DNA from: Oculina patagonica
Taxonomy: Eukaryota
DNA length: 64,000 nucleotides
NCBI RefSeq assembly: GCF_052425735.1
Contig: NC_135762.1
Location: forward strand, 1,116,001 to 1,180,000
Direction: 5' to 3'
Each line of letters opens with the position of its first letter. The first letter of the stretch is position 1. The notes beneath the pieces were generated by a model. The model did no database searches, had not been told where the DNA came from, and saw only the letters and a list, made by a program, of their open reading frames with translations. The translations under genes were made by a program, and so were the position numbers. Below, in pieces: positions 60,692 through 64,000 of this stretch.

Positions 60692-62628
60692 AGGGGTCCC
60701 TCTTATTTCTGGTTATCATTTGGAAACCAAATTACCTACTAATGATAACATTTTTGTACAACTTTGTTCTGTTGAAGAGTTCTTCAAGAGTTTTAAATCA
60801 TGGCCATATTTGACAAGTCACTTGACTGGAATAGAAACAACCCTAAAACTGAAAGGGCATATAGATCTGAAAATTAAAATCAGAACCAATTAATAAAGAA
60901 CTTCCATGAGCTTAATGCTTCATAATTTCACATTATTATGCTATTATAAACACATCTATTTTCAGACATTCCATTCTTTTATGTAAATGGAAATAAATTC
61001 CATATGTAGGATTATAAAGAAGGCTATGTTATGTGAAAAATCGGAACTCTACCTTTTCCCCCAAGTTTAGAGATGTTAAATTCTAATGTGTGGTTTTGGA
61101 CTCAGGCACTAGTTACGTGTGTAATATCGATTTCTTTTTAACACTATTGTTCTCCCCACCAAAAATTCAATGCTAAGCATTACCAAATGCTCCAATGGCT
61201 TGCTGCCAAAAACCATCCTAAGCAAATTAATTCTTAGCAACTGTTCTAGATCTGTAGTTAAGAAGGACCTCCCTTAAATGTGACATGTAAATTGTGCAGT
61301 TATAAAAATTGTACTGCCTATATATATATTCAGGCACAGCTCTACGTGTTTTACAAACAAGGATATATTTCATTTCTTCAATTACATGGATTTAAAGGAT
61401 CCTAGTCAACCCTGATGCTTTGCGTGTATCAAGAACCATCCGCCATTTTAAATGCCATCTAATTTCGAGTGATTTCAATTGTGGCCGACAATCCAAGCAC
61501 ATCCTTGCGTACGTAGTGTATTTGCATCTTAAACTACCATCAAAGTCTTAAGTAGTTATCTGTGCTTCATTTCGAGCATTTATTTTATTGGTTTCTTTAA
61601 ATTTGTCGTTAAAATATTCATTTGTAAGTGGGATGTCTAATGGCATCTCGCGTTCCAAAGCGTGGTAGGCCGAAACCATCGGACAAACAAAGAGAATCGA
61701 TCCTTCTGTGGCTATCAACATTCGATCTCTGCAATCAAAGCAAGACAGTCTTGCCATCAAAGGGCTTACCTGTAGTTATAGCCAGTTTCCAGAAATACAA
61801 CACTTGATTTATTCTTGCTAGCCGATTTATAATTCCACATTAATTTGCATATGCTTGAGCACTCAAGCGCGGTATTTCAAGAAGGACAAGCAGCAGATTT
61901 AGCCGTTCTCTTTCGACTCCACGTATTCTCGCAGGAACAAATCTTACAAAGGAAAAAGGAACTCGGATACTCTATAACATAAAGAAAAATTTTGAATAGT
62001 AATCTAAGACAATTTAACAAGACGCATATCTGCGTGAACTTGGGCTTCTTTCCTGGCGTATCCAGCTGTAAACGCCAGAAAGACGACATGATGAAATTTT
62101 CGTGGTCTTTTGTACGATTGTTTCACAGCTCTAGCATAGTACAAGCAAGTATATTCTAAGCATTGTATATATTATTCCTACAGTCTAAATATTGTAGTCT
62201 GCGTTTTACACTCACTGTTTAAGTAATAAATTTAGCTACTAAGAAATGTTTGAACAGTAAAATCCGAACTTTCAACCATATTTGATTGCATTCAGGTCTA
62301 TCTATCTGGTCAACAGGATTTCTTAAAAGATAGTTCAAGTACTGCAGATCAAAATGAAACAGATCACCCCAGTCGCGAGTCGAAACATATCTATTAAATA
62401 ACTATACAGTTTGAAAACAAGTTCATTCTTGATACAAAAATTATGAATGAAAAATTTACTTTGGAGTAGGCATTCGCAATCTCTTCAGTAAAAATGCATG
62501 TATTCAAGTTTCTATAAAATTTACTACGATGTTATTGTATTGCTTCAATTGAACACGCTTTGCCGATTTGCATATATTAGTTCTCGTCTGGTTAATAGCG
62601 ACCCCATGATAAATACAGGTTGTTTTAC

Positions 62629-63032
62629 TAGACCTGCCAACTCTCACGCATTATGCGTGAGTCTCACGCCTGCAGATCCAAAATATCGATCTCACGCATA
62701 CAGCCCAGTTTCTCACGCTTGACTGACAAATTTAGATTTCTTACTCTTAAAACCCATTAAATGTGCATTCAATTCAATTTTGCTGAAACATAACTCAGAA
62801 AATGAGCATTGTTATTCGTGTTTGAGTCAATTTTTGCAATTTCACAGACTTCAGCAACGTTGGAAGATCGTCAAAACTTCTTCGGAAATATCCGGAAATT
62901 GTCGGAACATCTTCGGAACTCTTCGGAAATCTCCGGAAATAGTCGGAACATCTTCGGAAACGTTCGGAAATAGTCGGAAAATGTGGAGAAGGTTATCTCA
63001 CGCCTTTGACTTAGAAAAAGTTGGCAGGTATA
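62629..63032. mobile_element. hAT-like MITE, same family as 17765-19909
   Basis: Termini ACCTGCCAACTCTCACGC / GAAAAAGTTGGCAGGTATA with TCGGAA repeats. Confidence 0.8.
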
Positions 63033-64000
63033 TTTTACATGCATCCAAAGTACTTCTAAAATGTATTTTTCAGTTTAAAATCAACAAAATAGAGTATCAC
63101 TGTTATTGTCTGTGAGGTTTCTGCTGGAAGCGAAATCTTAATAGGATGTTTCATTGTTTTGATTATCCCTGGTTTAATTATTCAGTTGCAAGACTTATTG
63201 TATGCGATTTAAGTCACTTTTGATACAACTTTCTAACCTTTCTTCTCTTGTTGCTCAGACGTTTTAGAGTTCGTACCGGTATTATACCCCGGAGATTCTA
63301 CTTGGTTCACGATCTAAAAATCCAAAATACGATGACACTTCTGACGATTAAGATTTGATAGTTCATCTGGTATAACAGGATTCTCGATCTATAGGTTCAC
63401 TCATAAATTGTTTTCCCGTAAGGCTTGAGGACCGACCTGTTCTGAGAATGCTCAACATCTTCTAGAGTGGGTCTACTGCGAACGACGGGTTCATTTGTTT
63501 GTGATTTCAGCACTCTAGAAATCAAGGAATCCGCGATAACTTTCAACGACGACAGCATCTTGTGCAGACTGGGACTTGACACATGCGCCTTAGTGCCCCG
63601 ACGGCGATTTGTGACTGAACGCAAAAAACGAAGGACAATTTTAACCTTGGGCTCCCAGCTTTGGGATACGCCCAAGTAATTATTGCATTGCTTAGCACTC
63701 GATCGGAGTCCGCCGAAGAGGCAAATATTGAAGCGATCGCTTCTCTGCTCTCATTTTGCCCTGCGCGTCTGTCAATGGACAAACCATAAATATCTGTGCT
63801 TCAAGATGGCCCCAGAGAACTAGATTCTTGGATATCTATTAGGCTGTCACCATCTTCAATGTTCATTCCTTACATTCTGAGGGATCTTTTTAAGTTGATT
63901 CCAATAAAAACTTTCGCGTGTTGTCAAATTTCGTCGCAGTCTGTTGACCTTTTACCCGTGTCACATGTAATATGAAACGAGGCTCCCCGCAGTTGCCCAA

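Overview
AT-rich, intron-dense animal genomic DNA, most likely a stony coral (inferred from the repeat families and the PAN-EGF gene architecture). The ORF track misses most genes because they are spliced, so I rebuilt them by hand from GT-AG sites and reading-frame continuity. In order: a possible small spliced ORF with decayed exon duplicates (-), a PRA1-family gene (ARL6IP5/PRAF2-like, -), a complete 17-exon aminoacylase-1 (ACY1, -) head-to-head with a single-domain class IIb HDAC (HDAC6/10-like, +), a young Gypsy LTR element whose reverse-transcriptase core is deleted in frame, two tandem Cys-rich caveolins, a secreted PAN-EGF-cbEGF-cbEGF protein, and a small secreted orphan. Introns and intergenic DNA are packed with nested MITEs, foldback elements and tRNA-derived SINEs. 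There is one assembly gap (28775-28912). The most interesting candidate system is the divergent ACY1 / CD1-gatekeeper HDAC pair, possibly a co-regulated acetyl-amino-acid salvage module (hypothesis only). No database searches were run.
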